A DNA stretch of 64,000 nt, from contig CAZDSH010000002.1 in NCBI GenBank assembly GCA_964508195.1, forward strand, positions 10,994 through 74,993, in the 5' to 3' direction. Every line of letters starts with the position of its first letter. The stretch's first letter is position 1. This document shows positions 53,637 through 62,991 of this stretch, piece by piece. This DNA is from an uncultured Clostridiaceae bacterium. GTDB taxonomy: Bacteria > Bacillota > Clostridia > Ch29. The translations under genes and the position numbers were made by a program. The notes beneath the pieces are model-generated. The model was not told the DNA's origin and did not search any database. It saw only the letters and a list, made by a program, of their open reading frames with translations.

Positions 53637-54818
53637 ATGAAATTTGACCGAAGGTGCACTTCGATGTTGGTTTTTTTAATAGCCGCATCAATATCATTCG
53701 GATTTATACACAATCATACCGTCGTCCAAGGGGCTATCGTACCAATAAGCACGGTCTGCGATGAAGGGGATACCTATTATTTGAACCAGCCGCCGGCGGA
53801 TTTTCATAATATGCGTCAGCGGGTAAAAGTAAAGGGCATTTACTTAACCGGATACACCGCCGGTAGTAATAGGTTATACCAATTACTCGATCTTATAAAA
53901 AGGACGGAACTGAACGCGATGGTCATAGACGTAAAAAATGATGAGGGGCTTATAACCTATAAAACCCGTAATGAGTTAGCTAAGTTCGTAGGGGCCAACA
54001 GGATAATCCAGATTAAGGATATCGAAAAAAGGATGGCGGATCTCAAAGGGGAGGACGTTTATACCATAGCGAGGATCGTTGCCTTTAAGGATAACCGGGC
54101 CGGTAGCAATAGGACCGATCTTGCGATAAAGAATACAAAGGGTACGGTATGGAGGGATAATAAGGGCAATGCATGGCTAAACCCTTATAACCGCGAAAGT
54201 TGGGAATACGTTTTAGACATAGCCGAGGAGGCAGTGCAATATGGGTTTAACGAAATACAGTTTGACTATGTAAGGTTCCCCACCGACGGGAACAGAAAGG
54301 TTATCGATTACGGCGAGGCATCAAAGAAAGAGAGTATGTCCGAGGCTATAGCGGGTTTTATGAAGTACGCTACAGAAAGGTTAAAGAATAAGGGGGTATT
54401 CGTATCCGCCGATCTATTCGGACAGGTTACAACTGATAGAGGGGATATGGGTTTAGGCCATCAGTTGGAGGATCTGTCTATAAGTACCGATATACTGAGT
54501 CCCATGGTATACCCTTCCCACTACTATCCGGGGGTGTACGGTGTAGACTATCCGGATCTAGAGCCCTACAAAATAGTCTATACCAGCATGAATACTGCGG
54601 CTAATCGGATAAGCGATCTGGAATACGACGGTACCAAGGCGATATTACGGCCATGGCTACAGGACTTTACCGCTACATATTTAAAGGACGGGTATCAGGT
54701 TTATGGACCAAAACAGGTACGGGAGCAAATACAGGCTACCTATGATGCGGGCTTAGATGAATGGCTTTTATGGAATGCGGGAAATTATTATACCGAAGGG
54801 GCGTTGCTTAGGGAATAG
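53637..54818 (+). CDS. putative glycoside hydrolase-like TIM-barrel protein (DUF4015-like), membrane anchored
   Basis: N-terminal TM; DUF4015/GHL family-like conserved blocks (NAMVIDVKNDEG, RPWLQDF). Confidence 0.5.
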   Translation: MKFDRRCTSMLVFLIAASISFGFIHNHTVVQGAIVPISTVCDEGDTYYLNQPPADFHNMRQRVKVKGIYLTGYTAGSNRLYQLLDLIKRTELNAMVIDVKNDEGLITYKTRNELAKFVGANRIIQIKDIEKRMADLKGEDVYTIARIVAFKDNRAGSNRTDLAIKNTKGTVWRDNKGNAWLNPYNRESWEYVLDIAEEAVQYGFNEIQFDYVRFPTDGNRKVIDYGEASKKESMSEAIAGFMKYATERLKNKGVFVSADLFGQVTTDRGDMGLGHQLEDLSISTDILSPMVYPSHYYPGVYGVDYPDLEPYKIVYTSMNTAANRISDLEYDGTKAILRPWLQDFTATYLKDGYQVYGPKQVREQIQATYDAGLDEWLLWNAGNYYTEGALLRE

Positions 54819-54889
54819 AAGGCGTAAATGGTAGCCTGCCGTTACGCTTTAGTGATAGTCGGAAAAAGTGGGGATATAAATAAAATACG

Positions 54890-55030
54890 GCAATAAGGGG
54901 GAGTAACTCGCCATTTTAAATGGTTTTGCCATCCGTCAACACGGCACTTTTTGGTGCCCGGATGCCGAATCTTCAAGGAGAGTAAGACCTTTATCCATTG
55001 TATTTGGATAGGGGTTTTGTATTTTTTAGC
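54890..55030 (+). ncRNA. candidate yybP-ykoY (Mn2+-sensing) riboswitch-like leader upstream of P-type ATPase
   Basis: 270-nt leader containing AAGGGGGAGUAACUCGCC and CAAGGAGAGUAAGACCUUU blocks resembling the two conserved yybP-ykoY segments (GGGGAGUAG / CAGGAGAGACC), plus hairpins and U-run before RBS. Confidence 0.4.
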
Positions 55031-55088
55031 CCCTAAATACTAATAACTAAAGCATTAACCATAAGAAGAAAAAGAGGGTGACGAATAA

Positions 55089-57734
55089 ATGTCAGAGGAT
55101 AAATGGTATACCTTAGACAAGGAAACCGTAGCAAGAAAGATGTCCACTTCCCTAGATACGGGGCTTAACGATGGGGAGGTATCTAGAAGGTTAGAGATGT
55201 ACGGCTACAACGAGATCAGATCAGGGGCTACGAGGACTTTATTACGTAAGTACATAGAACAATTCAATGACGCGATGATAATGGTGCTCATAATTGCCGC
55301 AATTATTTCCGGTTTCCTTGGTGAGGCCGTAGACGCTGCTATTATATTGCTCATAGTGATACTTAATGCGATCATAGGCGTACTTCAGGAGAGCAGGGCG
55401 GAGAAAGCTTTAACAGCGTTAAGGGATATGGCGGCGCCTAGTGCCAAAGTATTGAGGAACGGGGGCTATGATATAGTACCCGCTGGGCAGCTTGTACCCG
55501 GGGACATAGTGATACTTGAAACGGGTTCATTAATACCTGCAGATATAAGAATAATTCAGGGGGTTAATCTAAAGGTCCAGGAAGCGGTTCTTACGGGCGA
55601 ATCCTTTCCCGTGGAAAAGCATGAAGAAATCCTTACAAGGGACGACGTTCCCCTTGCTGAACGCACTAATATGGGTTATTCCGGCAGTACCGTCACCTAC
55701 GGACATGGAAGCGGTATCGTAGTGGCTACCGGCATAAACACCGAGATGGGTAAAATAGCTGAAATGATTCAGGCTGCGGATAGGGTTGAAACACCCCTTA
55801 ATAAAAAATTACAAACCCTGGGTAAGGTCATTGGGCTGGCGGTCATCGGGATCTGTGTGCTCATGTTCCTAATAGGCGTATCCTATGGCAAAAGCCCCTT
55901 TGACATGTTTATTATATCCGTAAGCCTAGCGGTTGCGGCTATACCCGAGGGGTTGCCGGCTATAGCCACCGTAGTTCTCGCCCTGGGCGTACAGCGTATG
56001 GTGAAACGGAATGCAATAATAAGGCACCTGCCCTCGGTGGAGACTTTGGGAAGTGCCACGGTAATATGTACGGATAAAACGGGTACCCTTACACAAAATA
56101 AGATGAGGGTGGGGGGGCTGTTCTATAATGACGATATATATGATCTTAGCGAGGATATCGGTTCTCTGATCGAGGGGGAACATTTTAAAGCATTGGTCAT
56201 GGCTAGCGTGCTTTGTAACGACGTAAAGCTAAAAAAGGACGGCGACGGATTTGTCCTATTAGGCGATCCGACGGAGACCGCCCTTGGGGATCTCGGGCTT
56301 AAAAGTGGCATGAATAAGGATATAATGGAGGTTTCATACCCAAGGGTCGATGAGGTACCCTTCGATTCTAAACGAAAACTTATGACTACCGTACACGTTT
56401 ATGATAAGGGATACCGTGTTTATACTAAGGGGGCAGTGGAGGAACTGTTACAAAGGTGTAATGGTGTACTATTCCACGGACAGGACATAGGCCTTAGGGA
56501 CAGCCACAGGGCCGTGATATTGGATAAGAATAGGGAAATGGCACTAAGGGGTCTAAGGGTGTTGGCTATAGCTTATAAGGACATCGATAGTCTTAGAAGC
56601 GATGGCCAGGCCGGGGAGGACTATGAAAGGGATCTCATATTTATAGGCCTATTAGGTTTAACGGACCCGCCGCGACCGGAGTGCAAAAAAGCCGTGGACC
56701 TGTGTAACAGGGCGGGTATTAAACCGGTGATGATAACCGGCGATCATAGCATTACCGCGGCGGCTATCGCTAGGGATTTGGGATTTTTGGCCGATGATGG
56801 AGTGATTACCGGTACAGAGTTAGACAATATGAAGGATGAGGAGCTACGGGAAGCGGTAGGCCGTACGTCGGTATACGCCAGAGTGTCCCCTGAGCATAAG
56901 GTAAGGATAGTAAAGGCGTGGCAAAGCCGGGGACAGATAGTTGCCATGACCGGGGACGGGGCGAATGACGCGCCGGCATTGAAGGTTGCGGATATAGGTG
57001 CCGCGATGGGCGTAGTGGGCACCGATGTGGCGAAGGAGGCCGCGGACATGATACTTACCGATGATAACTTCGCGACGGTGGTGGCAGCGGTGGAGGAGGG
57101 AAGAACCGTATTTACTAATATACGAAAAGCCATAGGTTTTTTGCTCTCCTGTAATGTGGGCGAAGTCTTAACGCTGTTTATAGCTACGATGTTTAACCTA
57201 CGGCAGCCGCTTTTGCCTATCCATATACTATGGATCAACCTCGTAACCGATAGCTTCCCCGCCCTAGCCCTTGGAATGGACCCCGCAGAGGAACATATAA
57301 TGGAAAAGGGACCACGGGATCCGAAACAGAACATCTTCGATAGGGCAATGGTAATAAGGATAATTTATCAGGGGATAATGATAGGAGTCTTAACTTTAGC
57401 GGCCTATACCGTGGGTAACCGAAGGGCCCCGGAAGTCGGTAGCACTATGGCCTTTACGGTACTGGGTTTTAGCCAGTTAGTTCATGTTTTTAATGTACGT
57501 TCTGATAGCGAATCCATATTTAAAACGGGGCTTATGACGAACAAGCACCTCATAGCCGCGGTGATGGTATCGGCATCCCTGATGTTAATAGTGCTTAGGA
57601 TACCTTTCTTAGCAACGGTGTTCAAATTAGTAGCGCTTAACGCTAAAGAGCGTATCATAACGGCGCTTTTGGCCTTGGCCCCTATAGTCATAGTAGAGGC
57701 CGAAAAAAAAGCGGCAAGGGGGACGAGTTTCTGA
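55089..57734 (+). CDS. P-type ATPase, Ca2+/Mn2+-transporting (P2A-type, YloB/SERCA-like)
   Basis: 881 aa; DKTGTLT phosphorylation motif, TGDHSITAAAIA, GDGANDAPALK hinge, 10 TM helices. Confidence 0.9.
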   Translation: MSEDKWYTLDKETVARKMSTSLDTGLNDGEVSRRLEMYGYNEIRSGATRTLLRKYIEQFNDAMIMVLIIAAIISGFLGEAVDAAIILLIVILNAIIGVLQESRAEKALTALRDMAAPSAKVLRNGGYDIVPAGQLVPGDIVILETGSLIPADIRIIQGVNLKVQEAVLTGESFPVEKHEEILTRDDVPLAERTNMGYSGSTVTYGHGSGIVVATGINTEMGKIAEMIQAADRVETPLNKKLQTLGKVIGLAVIGICVLMFLIGVSYGKSPFDMFIISVSLAVAAIPEGLPAIATVVLALGVQRMVKRNAIIRHLPSVETLGSATVICTDKTGTLTQNKMRVGGLFYNDDIYDLSEDIGSLIEGEHFKALVMASVLCNDVKLKKDGDGFVLLGDPTETALGDLGLKSGMNKDIMEVSYPRVDEVPFDSKRKLMTTVHVYDKGYRVYTKGAVEELLQRCNGVLFHGQDIGLRDSHRAVILDKNREMALRGLRVLAIAYKDIDSLRSDGQAGEDYERDLIFIGLLGLTDPPRPECKKAVDLCNRAGIKPVMITGDHSITAAAIARDLGFLADDGVITGTELDNMKDEELREAVGRTSVYARVSPEHKVRIVKAWQSRGQIVAMTGDGANDAPALKVADIGAAMGVVGTDVAKEAADMILTDDNFATVVAAVEEGRTVFTNIRKAIGFLLSCNVGEVLTLFIATMFNLRQPLLPIHILWINLVTDSFPALALGMDPAEEHIMEKGPRDPKQNIFDRAMVIRIIYQGIMIGVLTLAAYTVGNRRAPEVGSTMAFTVLGFSQLVHVFNVRSDSESIFKTGLMTNKHLIAAVMVSASLMLIVLRIPFLATVFKLVALNAKERIITALLALAPIVIVEAEKKAARGTSF

Positions 57735-57755
57735 TATTATTAGGGGTGATACGAA

Positions 57756-58250
57756 TTGAATTTGATAAAAAGTTTTCCGCCGGTGGCGGACGAAAGATCC
57801 CGGATAATAATTTTAGGTTCAATGCCCGGCGGGGAATCCCTTCGCAAAAATGAATACTATGGCCATATAAGAAACCAGTTTTGGAATATAATATATTCCC
57901 TATATGGCGAAACGGTAGACCGAAACTATACAAAAAAAATCGAATTCCTACGGGAAAAGCGCATTGCATTGTGGGACGTTATAAAAACATGCTACAGAAA
58001 GGGTAGCCTTGATGCCAATATTACGGGGGAAAGGGTAAACAATTTTGATAGGTTTTTTAACGATTATCCAGGTATTCGGCACGTTTTTTTCAATGGAACG
58101 AAGGCCTATGAGACCTTTAGGAAAAGGGTGGGCTTTAAATATGACTGGTTAACCTATACAAAATTGGGGTCCACGAGCCCCGCCAATGTAGTAAAATTCG
58201 ATCAGAGATTGGAGGATTGGAGCATCATAAAAAAATATGCCGAAGGCTAA
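57756..58250 (+). CDS. DNA-deoxyinosine glycosylase (hypoxanthine-DNA glycosylase, UDG superfamily)
   Basis: 164 aa; ILGSMPGGESLRKNEYYGHIRNQFW signature. Confidence 0.75.
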   Translation: MNLIKSFPPVADERSRIIILGSMPGGESLRKNEYYGHIRNQFWNIIYSLYGETVDRNYTKKIEFLREKRIALWDVIKTCYRKGSLDANITGERVNNFDRFFNDYPGIRHVFFNGTKAYETFRKRVGFKYDWLTYTKLGSTSPANVVKFDQRLEDWSIIKKYAEG

Positions 58251-58269
58251 GATTAGGGGGATAATGTAT

Positions 58270-58617
58270 ATGCCGTGGTGTCCTAAATGTAAAATAGAAT
58301 ACAGGGAAGGCTATGATTATTGTGCAGATTGCGGCTGTGCCCTTGTTAAAAAACAGCCGCTGGCCCCGGTTGATACGGAGTATACTCCGGAGGGTGATGG
58401 CGATTGGGAACACCTTATATTTATTTATAACGAAACGGAGGCGGATATAGTAATAGGCCTCTTGGGGACAGCGGATATCCCCACTATAAAGATGTATAAG
58501 GGGGCGGGGGTACTACACAAAGTGTACGCGGGCAGGGCTACCGGTGTGGACCTGTTCGTACCCTCGGACAAATTAGATCATGCGAAGGAGCTGTTACGTG
58601 CCCAGGCCGAGGATTAA
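58270..58617 (+). CDS. zinc-ribbon + DUF2007-like small protein
   Basis: MPWCPKCKIEYREGYDYCADCG zinc ribbon; start 58270 with AGGGGG RBS (the ORF track starts at 58237, overlapping the preceding gene). Confidence 0.5.
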   Translation: MPWCPKCKIEYREGYDYCADCGCALVKKQPLAPVDTEYTPEGDGDWEHLIFIYNETEADIVIGLLGTADIPTIKMYKGAGVLHKVYAGRATGVDLFVPSDKLDHAKELLRAQAED

Positions 58618-58623
58618 AATAAG

Positions 58624-58648
58624 GGCTCCCTAGGGGAGCCATTATTTT
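58624..58648. terminator. bidirectional terminator between DUF2007 gene and hisC
   Basis: 7-bp stem GGCTCCC/GGGAGCC, 3-nt loop, followed by T-rich run. Confidence 0.5.
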
Positions 58649-59724
58649 GCCAAAACCTTTTTAAGGGCCCCTATGAATCTTTCGTTTTGATCCATAGTTC
58701 CTATGGTAACCCTAATAAAGGTTCCTCTTATAGGCCTTATTATAACGCCTTGGCGTTGCATGCTTTCAAAGACTTCTCCACAATCCTTTCCGGTATCCAA
58801 CAGTATATAATTGGTTTCAGAGGGGATATACGTAATGCCCATAGCGTCAAAACTTTTATAGAGGTATTCTTTACCCTCATTGTTCACAGCTATTACCTCT
58901 TTAACGAAGTCCTGGTCATCTAGGGCGACAGTTGCAGCTATCTGTGCCAGCTTGTTCACGTTAAATACGTTCCTTACCTTGTTTATACTTTGTAAAAGTG
59001 CTTTATTCGCAAAGCTGTAACCCACCCTGAGACCCGCAAGGCCGTACACCTTCGAAAATGTTCGCATGATTACCATGTTGGGATACTTTTTATATAGTTT
59101 AAAACTATCCTTCGGATAATCGGAATCCGTAACAAATTCCGCGTAGGCCTCGTCGTATAGGACTACCGTATCCTTCGGGACCCTGGACATGAAATGAAAA
59201 AATTCGGCTTCGGTAAATATGGTGCCCGTAGGGTTGTTGGGGTTGCATAGCCATATTAGTTTTGTATTATCCCCTATGGCTTTAGCTATTCCATCAAGGT
59301 CCAGCTTAAAATTCTTTATCGGCACGGTTTTAATATTTGCATCGGCTATCTGTGCAGCGATTGTGTAGCTAGAAAATGTATTATCGGGTATTATAGTTTC
59401 GTCGCCGGCATCTAAAAAAGCCATCGTCAATATAGTTATCATCTCATCTAAACCGTTTGTAACTATAATCTCGTCCTTGTCTACGCCATAAAATTTTGCG
59501 ATAGCCTTCCTAAGCTCTGTAGAGTTCCCGTCGGGGTATAGGGATAGATTAGAAGCAGCTTTTATTACGCTTTCGATTACCTTCGGAGAACAATTAAGGG
59601 GGTTTTCATTAGTGGAGAGCTTGTCCACGCGGGCTAGCCCGTATTTTCTCTTTATGTCCTCCATCGGTATACCGGCTTCGTAGATCTTTATGTTTTCTAA
59701 AGTTTTCCTAAGGGGTAGTTTCAT
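58642..59724 (-). CDS. hisC: histidinol-phosphate aminotransferase
   Basis: 360 aa; LSTNENPL motif, PLP lysine region (TFSKVYGLAGLRVGY). Confidence 0.9.
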   Translation of the reverse strand: MKLPLRKTLENIKIYEAGIPMEDIKRKYGLARVDKLSTNENPLNCSPKVIESVIKAASNLSLYPDGNSTELRKAIAKFYGVDKDEIIVTNGLDEMITILTMAFLDAGDETIIPDNTFSSYTIAAQIADANIKTVPIKNFKLDLDGIAKAIGDNTKLIWLCNPNNPTGTIFTEAEFFHFMSRVPKDTVVLYDEAYAEFVTDSDYPKDSFKLYKKYPNMVIMRTFSKVYGLAGLRVGYSFANKALLQSINKVRNVFNVNKLAQIAATVALDDQDFVKEVIAVNNEGKEYLYKSFDAMGITYIPSETNYILLDTGKDCGEVFESMQRQGVIIRPIRGTFIRVTIGTMDQNERFIGALKKVLAK

Positions 59725-59976
59725 ACTTTGACGCCTCCAATTTTTAATCTTTTCGTTTAATTATAACATAATCGGTATAAATGTTCCGTAAAGCTCGGGA
59801 TTTTTTTAATGGTATTAAGGAGGGATAGCCCGGGGGTACATGAATATAATTGTATATAAAGGAAAAATACTAAGGATATGCAGCTTTAATAAAAATATGA
59901 TAGAATTAAAGGGATTTTATTGGTCCTGATAGAATATTGAAGTGCCAAACTATTGTAGATACGAGGGGGAGAATTA

Positions 59977-62046
59977 ATGAAAGAATATCAAACGGATAAA
60001 ATAAGGAACGTAGCTCTTATGGGCCATGGCGGCAGCGGTAAAACAACCCTGGCTGAAGCCATGCTATATAAAGCTAAAGCTATCGAAAGGGTCGGAAAGA
60101 CGGGGGACGGTACCACCGCTTCGGATTTTGATCCTGAAGAAATCAAAAGGCAAATCTCTATAGGCGTTTCCGTATTGCCCTTGGAATGGGAAGGCGTGAA
60201 AATAAACCTATTGGATACGCCGGGGTACTTTGATTTTGTGGGTGAGGTCTTCTCAAGCCTTAAGGTTGTCGAGGGGGCGGTTCTTTTAGTTGATGCATCC
60301 TCCGGCATAGAGGTGGGTACTGAAAAGGGTTGGGAGTTTATAAACGAAACAAATATTCCTAGGATAATATTTGTTAATAAAATGAACCGGGAGAATGCGG
60401 ACTTTTTCAAAGTAGTCGAAGGTTTAAGGGATATGTTCGGGCATAGTATAGCACCCTTCCAAGTCCCTATCGGCGCTGGGGAGACGTTTAAAGGCATAAT
60501 TAACGTTGTGAATATGAGCGCTAAAGAGTATACAGGGGGCGAGGGTAAAAATATTGATATACCCGACGAATACAAGGAAAGAATAGAGCCTATGCGGGAG
60601 ATGGTAATAGAGGCCGTGGCGGAGACCGATGATGAGCTTATGATGAAGTTTTTCGATGGCGAAGCATTTACTGATGAAGAGATAAGAAAGGGCCTGCGTG
60701 AGGGCGTCCTAGAGGGCAAAATAGTTCCGGTTTTATGCGGCGCCGGCGAGATGAACATAGGCATGGAAAACCTTATGAATACTATAGCGGATTTTTTACC
60801 ATCCCCTAGGGATCGTAAAAAAGTGGAGGCCCTAGATAGGGAGGGCGCATTAATAGAACAAGAGCTTACTTCTGACGGGCCCTTCTCCGCCCAAGTATTT
60901 AAGACGATAGCGGATCCCTATGTAGGGAAAATCTCTATACTTAAAGTATTAAGCGGTGACCTCACTGCGGAGACACCGTTGTTTAACGGGAGCAAGGGCG
61001 AGAAGGAAAAATTAGGCGGCATTTTCCTTATAAGGGGCAAAAAACAGATAAGTGTGGATAAAATCCATGCCGGAGATATCGCTGCTATAGCGAAGCTCCA
61101 GCATACCGTGACCGGTGATACACTTTTTGAAAATAAACAGGATTTTGTGTATTCTCCTATAAACTTTCCTAAGCCCAGTATATCCATGGCCATAGTTCCT
61201 AAGGCGAAGGGTGACGAAGATAAAATAAGCGGAGGTTTAAACAGGCTACTTGAAGAGGACCCGACATTCACGGTGGAGAAAAACGCCGAAACCGGAGACC
61301 TGCTCGTTGCGGGCCAGGGTGAAGTGCATATAGAGGTAATAACCCGGAAATTATTCAGTAAATTCGGCGTGGAGGTAGAGCTAAAGGATCCCAAGATTCC
61401 CTACAGAGAGACTATAAAGGGTAGCTCCAAGGCCGAGGGAAAACATAAAAAACAATCCGGAGGACGTGGGCAGTTTGGCCATGTATGGATCGAATTCGAG
61501 CCGCTACAGGATTATAACACGGACCTTGAGTTCGTCGATAAGGTAGTGGGCGGTGTTGTGCCCAGGCAGTTTATACCCGCGGTAGAAAAGGGCCTTCGCG
61601 AAGCGATTCGAGAAGGGGTATTAGCCGGCTATCCCGTTGTAGGGCTAAGAAGTACGCTATACGACGGTTCCTTCCATAGCGTAGACTCCGATGAAATGTC
61701 CTTTAAAATAGCTGCAAGCCTGTCCTACAGAAAGGGTATGCAAGAATCTAATCCTGTACTCCTCGAGCCTATAATGAGACTTGAAGTAATCGTGCCAGAG
61801 GATTATATGGGCGATGTAATAGGGGATATAAACAAAAAACGTGGGAAAATACTCGGTATGGAACAAAAAGATAATAAACAACTCGTTATCGCCGAAGCAC
61901 CCCTAGCGGAAATGTTCAAATACGCTACGGACTTGCGGTCCATGACTCAAGCCCGGGGCAGCTTTACTATGGAGTTTGAAAGGTATGAGGAAATACCGCC
62001 GGCTATTGCCGAAAAGATAATAGCTGAAGCTAAGGAAGAAGATTAG
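59977..62046 (+). CDS. elongation factor G paralog (EF-G2-like translational GTPase)
   Basis: 689 aa; G1 GHGGSGKTTL, five-domain EF-G architecture; standalone, not in str operon. Confidence 0.85.
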   Translation: MKEYQTDKIRNVALMGHGGSGKTTLAEAMLYKAKAIERVGKTGDGTTASDFDPEEIKRQISIGVSVLPLEWEGVKINLLDTPGYFDFVGEVFSSLKVVEGAVLLVDASSGIEVGTEKGWEFINETNIPRIIFVNKMNRENADFFKVVEGLRDMFGHSIAPFQVPIGAGETFKGIINVVNMSAKEYTGGEGKNIDIPDEYKERIEPMREMVIEAVAETDDELMMKFFDGEAFTDEEIRKGLREGVLEGKIVPVLCGAGEMNIGMENLMNTIADFLPSPRDRKKVEALDREGALIEQELTSDGPFSAQVFKTIADPYVGKISILKVLSGDLTAETPLFNGSKGEKEKLGGIFLIRGKKQISVDKIHAGDIAAIAKLQHTVTGDTLFENKQDFVYSPINFPKPSISMAIVPKAKGDEDKISGGLNRLLEEDPTFTVEKNAETGDLLVAGQGEVHIEVITRKLFSKFGVEVELKDPKIPYRETIKGSSKAEGKHKKQSGGRGQFGHVWIEFEPLQDYNTDLEFVDKVVGGVVPRQFIPAVEKGLREAIREGVLAGYPVVGLRSTLYDGSFHSVDSDEMSFKIAASLSYRKGMQESNPVLLEPIMRLEVIVPEDYMGDVIGDINKKRGKILGMEQKDNKQLVIAEAPLAEMFKYATDLRSMTQARGSFTMEFERYEEIPPAIAEKIIAEAKEED

Positions 62047-62060
62047 GTTTAAATGTAAGG

Positions 62061-62083
62061 GGCCGGAGAAATCCGGCCTTTTT
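62061..62083 (+). terminator. intrinsic terminator after EF-G paralog
   Basis: GGCCGGA-GAAA-TCCGGCC followed by TTTTT. Confidence 0.7.
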
Positions 62084-62162
62084 GATTCCACGGAATAAAT
62101 TTATACTATGAAATAAACAATATTGATAGGCGTTTTAATAAAGCTCGCGGAGGTGATACGGA

Positions 62163-62354
62163 ATGGAGAACAGTGAAGACCGGCGGGACAACAGGATCAA
62201 GATGTTGGATAAGGACGATGAGGAGCAGGACAGAATCCTCGATAAGAGCGCATATGGAGAATTTATACCGACATTCCATGGATGGGCCGGCTTCGAGGAA
62301 CAGCTAAAAAGTGCCGAGCGTATATATAGGATTACGGGTAAAAAACGGGGTTAA
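62163..62354 (+). CDS. small acidic hypothetical protein (63 aa)
   Basis: GGAGGTG RBS 7 nt upstream; stop overlaps a perfect terminator hairpin. Confidence 0.5.
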   Translation: MENSEDRRDNRIKMLDKDDEEQDRILDKSAYGEFIPTFHGWAGFEEQLKSAERIYRITGKKRG

Positions 62355-62367
62355 CCCCGTTTTTTTG
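62345..62367 (+). terminator. intrinsic terminator (ACGGGGTTAACCCCGT + T7)
   Basis: perfect 7-bp GC-rich stem, 2-nt loop, T-run. Confidence 0.8.
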
Positions 62368-62420
62368 ATGCCTATATTGATTAAAGTTTAAATGTTTTGG
62401 GAAAAAATAAGAAAATGCTA

Positions 62421-62472
62421 TTGCAAAAGTTCTAAGAATTTACTATAATATTAATAGTCAAAGAAAGTCAAA
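62421..62472 (+). promoter_or_regulatory. ctsR promoter (TTGCAA-17-TATAAT) with CtsR operator direct repeat AGTCAAAGAAAGTCAAA
   Basis: -35 at 62421-62426, -10 at 62444-62449, heptad direct repeat 62456-62472 matching CtsR box consensus (A/GGTCAAANANA/GGTCAAA). Confidence 0.8.
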
Positions 62473-62492
62473 CAAAACCAGAGGTGATGCTT

Positions 62493-62954
62493 TTGTCTCG
62501 AATAAGTGACATAATAGAACGGTTTATAAAGGAACTTATGCAAGAGGGCGATACGGATATGTTGGAGATCCAAAGGAACGAACTGGCGGATCATTTTAAC
62601 TGCGCGCCATCTCAAATAAACTATGTTTTATCAACACGGTTTACTATAGACAAGGGGTATTATATCGTAAGCAGAAGGGGCGGCGGCGGGTTCATACGTA
62701 TAAAGAAGCTGGACACCGATACAAGGTCTTTTATAGGCTACTTAATATTTGAGCATATAGGGGACAGCATATCCCAGCTCGATGCTACTAGGATTTTAGC
62801 CAATATAGAGGAAAAGGGTATCGCATCCCCGAGGGAAAGGGCTCTGTTAGAGGCCGCTATAAACGGCAAAAGTCTTAAAGTGTTCTCGCCGTCAAAGGAT
62901 ATAGTACGGGCGCAGCTTTTGAAATCAATGCTTTCGGTATACATCGCTGATTAG
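62493..62954 (+). CDS. ctsR: transcriptional repressor CtsR
   Basis: SRISDIIE... N-terminal HTH, RGGGGFIRI glycine-rich motif; TTG 62493 with GAGGTG RBS. Confidence 0.92.
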   Translation: MSRISDIIERFIKELMQEGDTDMLEIQRNELADHFNCAPSQINYVLSTRFTIDKGYYIVSRRGGGGFIRIKKLDTDTRSFIGYLIFEHIGDSISQLDATRILANIEEKGIASPRERALLEAAINGKSLKVFSPSKDIVRAQLLKSMLSVYIAD

Positions 62955-62991
62955 GCATATAGGTATTTCCATTATACAAGGAGGTATGATC

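Noticed and set aside
56744-57334. 196-aa minus-strand ORF inside the P-type ATPase gene
   Set aside because: It is an antisense shadow within a conserved ATPase with intact motifs.
59988-60764. 258-aa minus-strand ORF inside the EF-G paralog
   Set aside because: It is an antisense shadow of a conserved GTPase gene, with Ser/Pro-rich composition.
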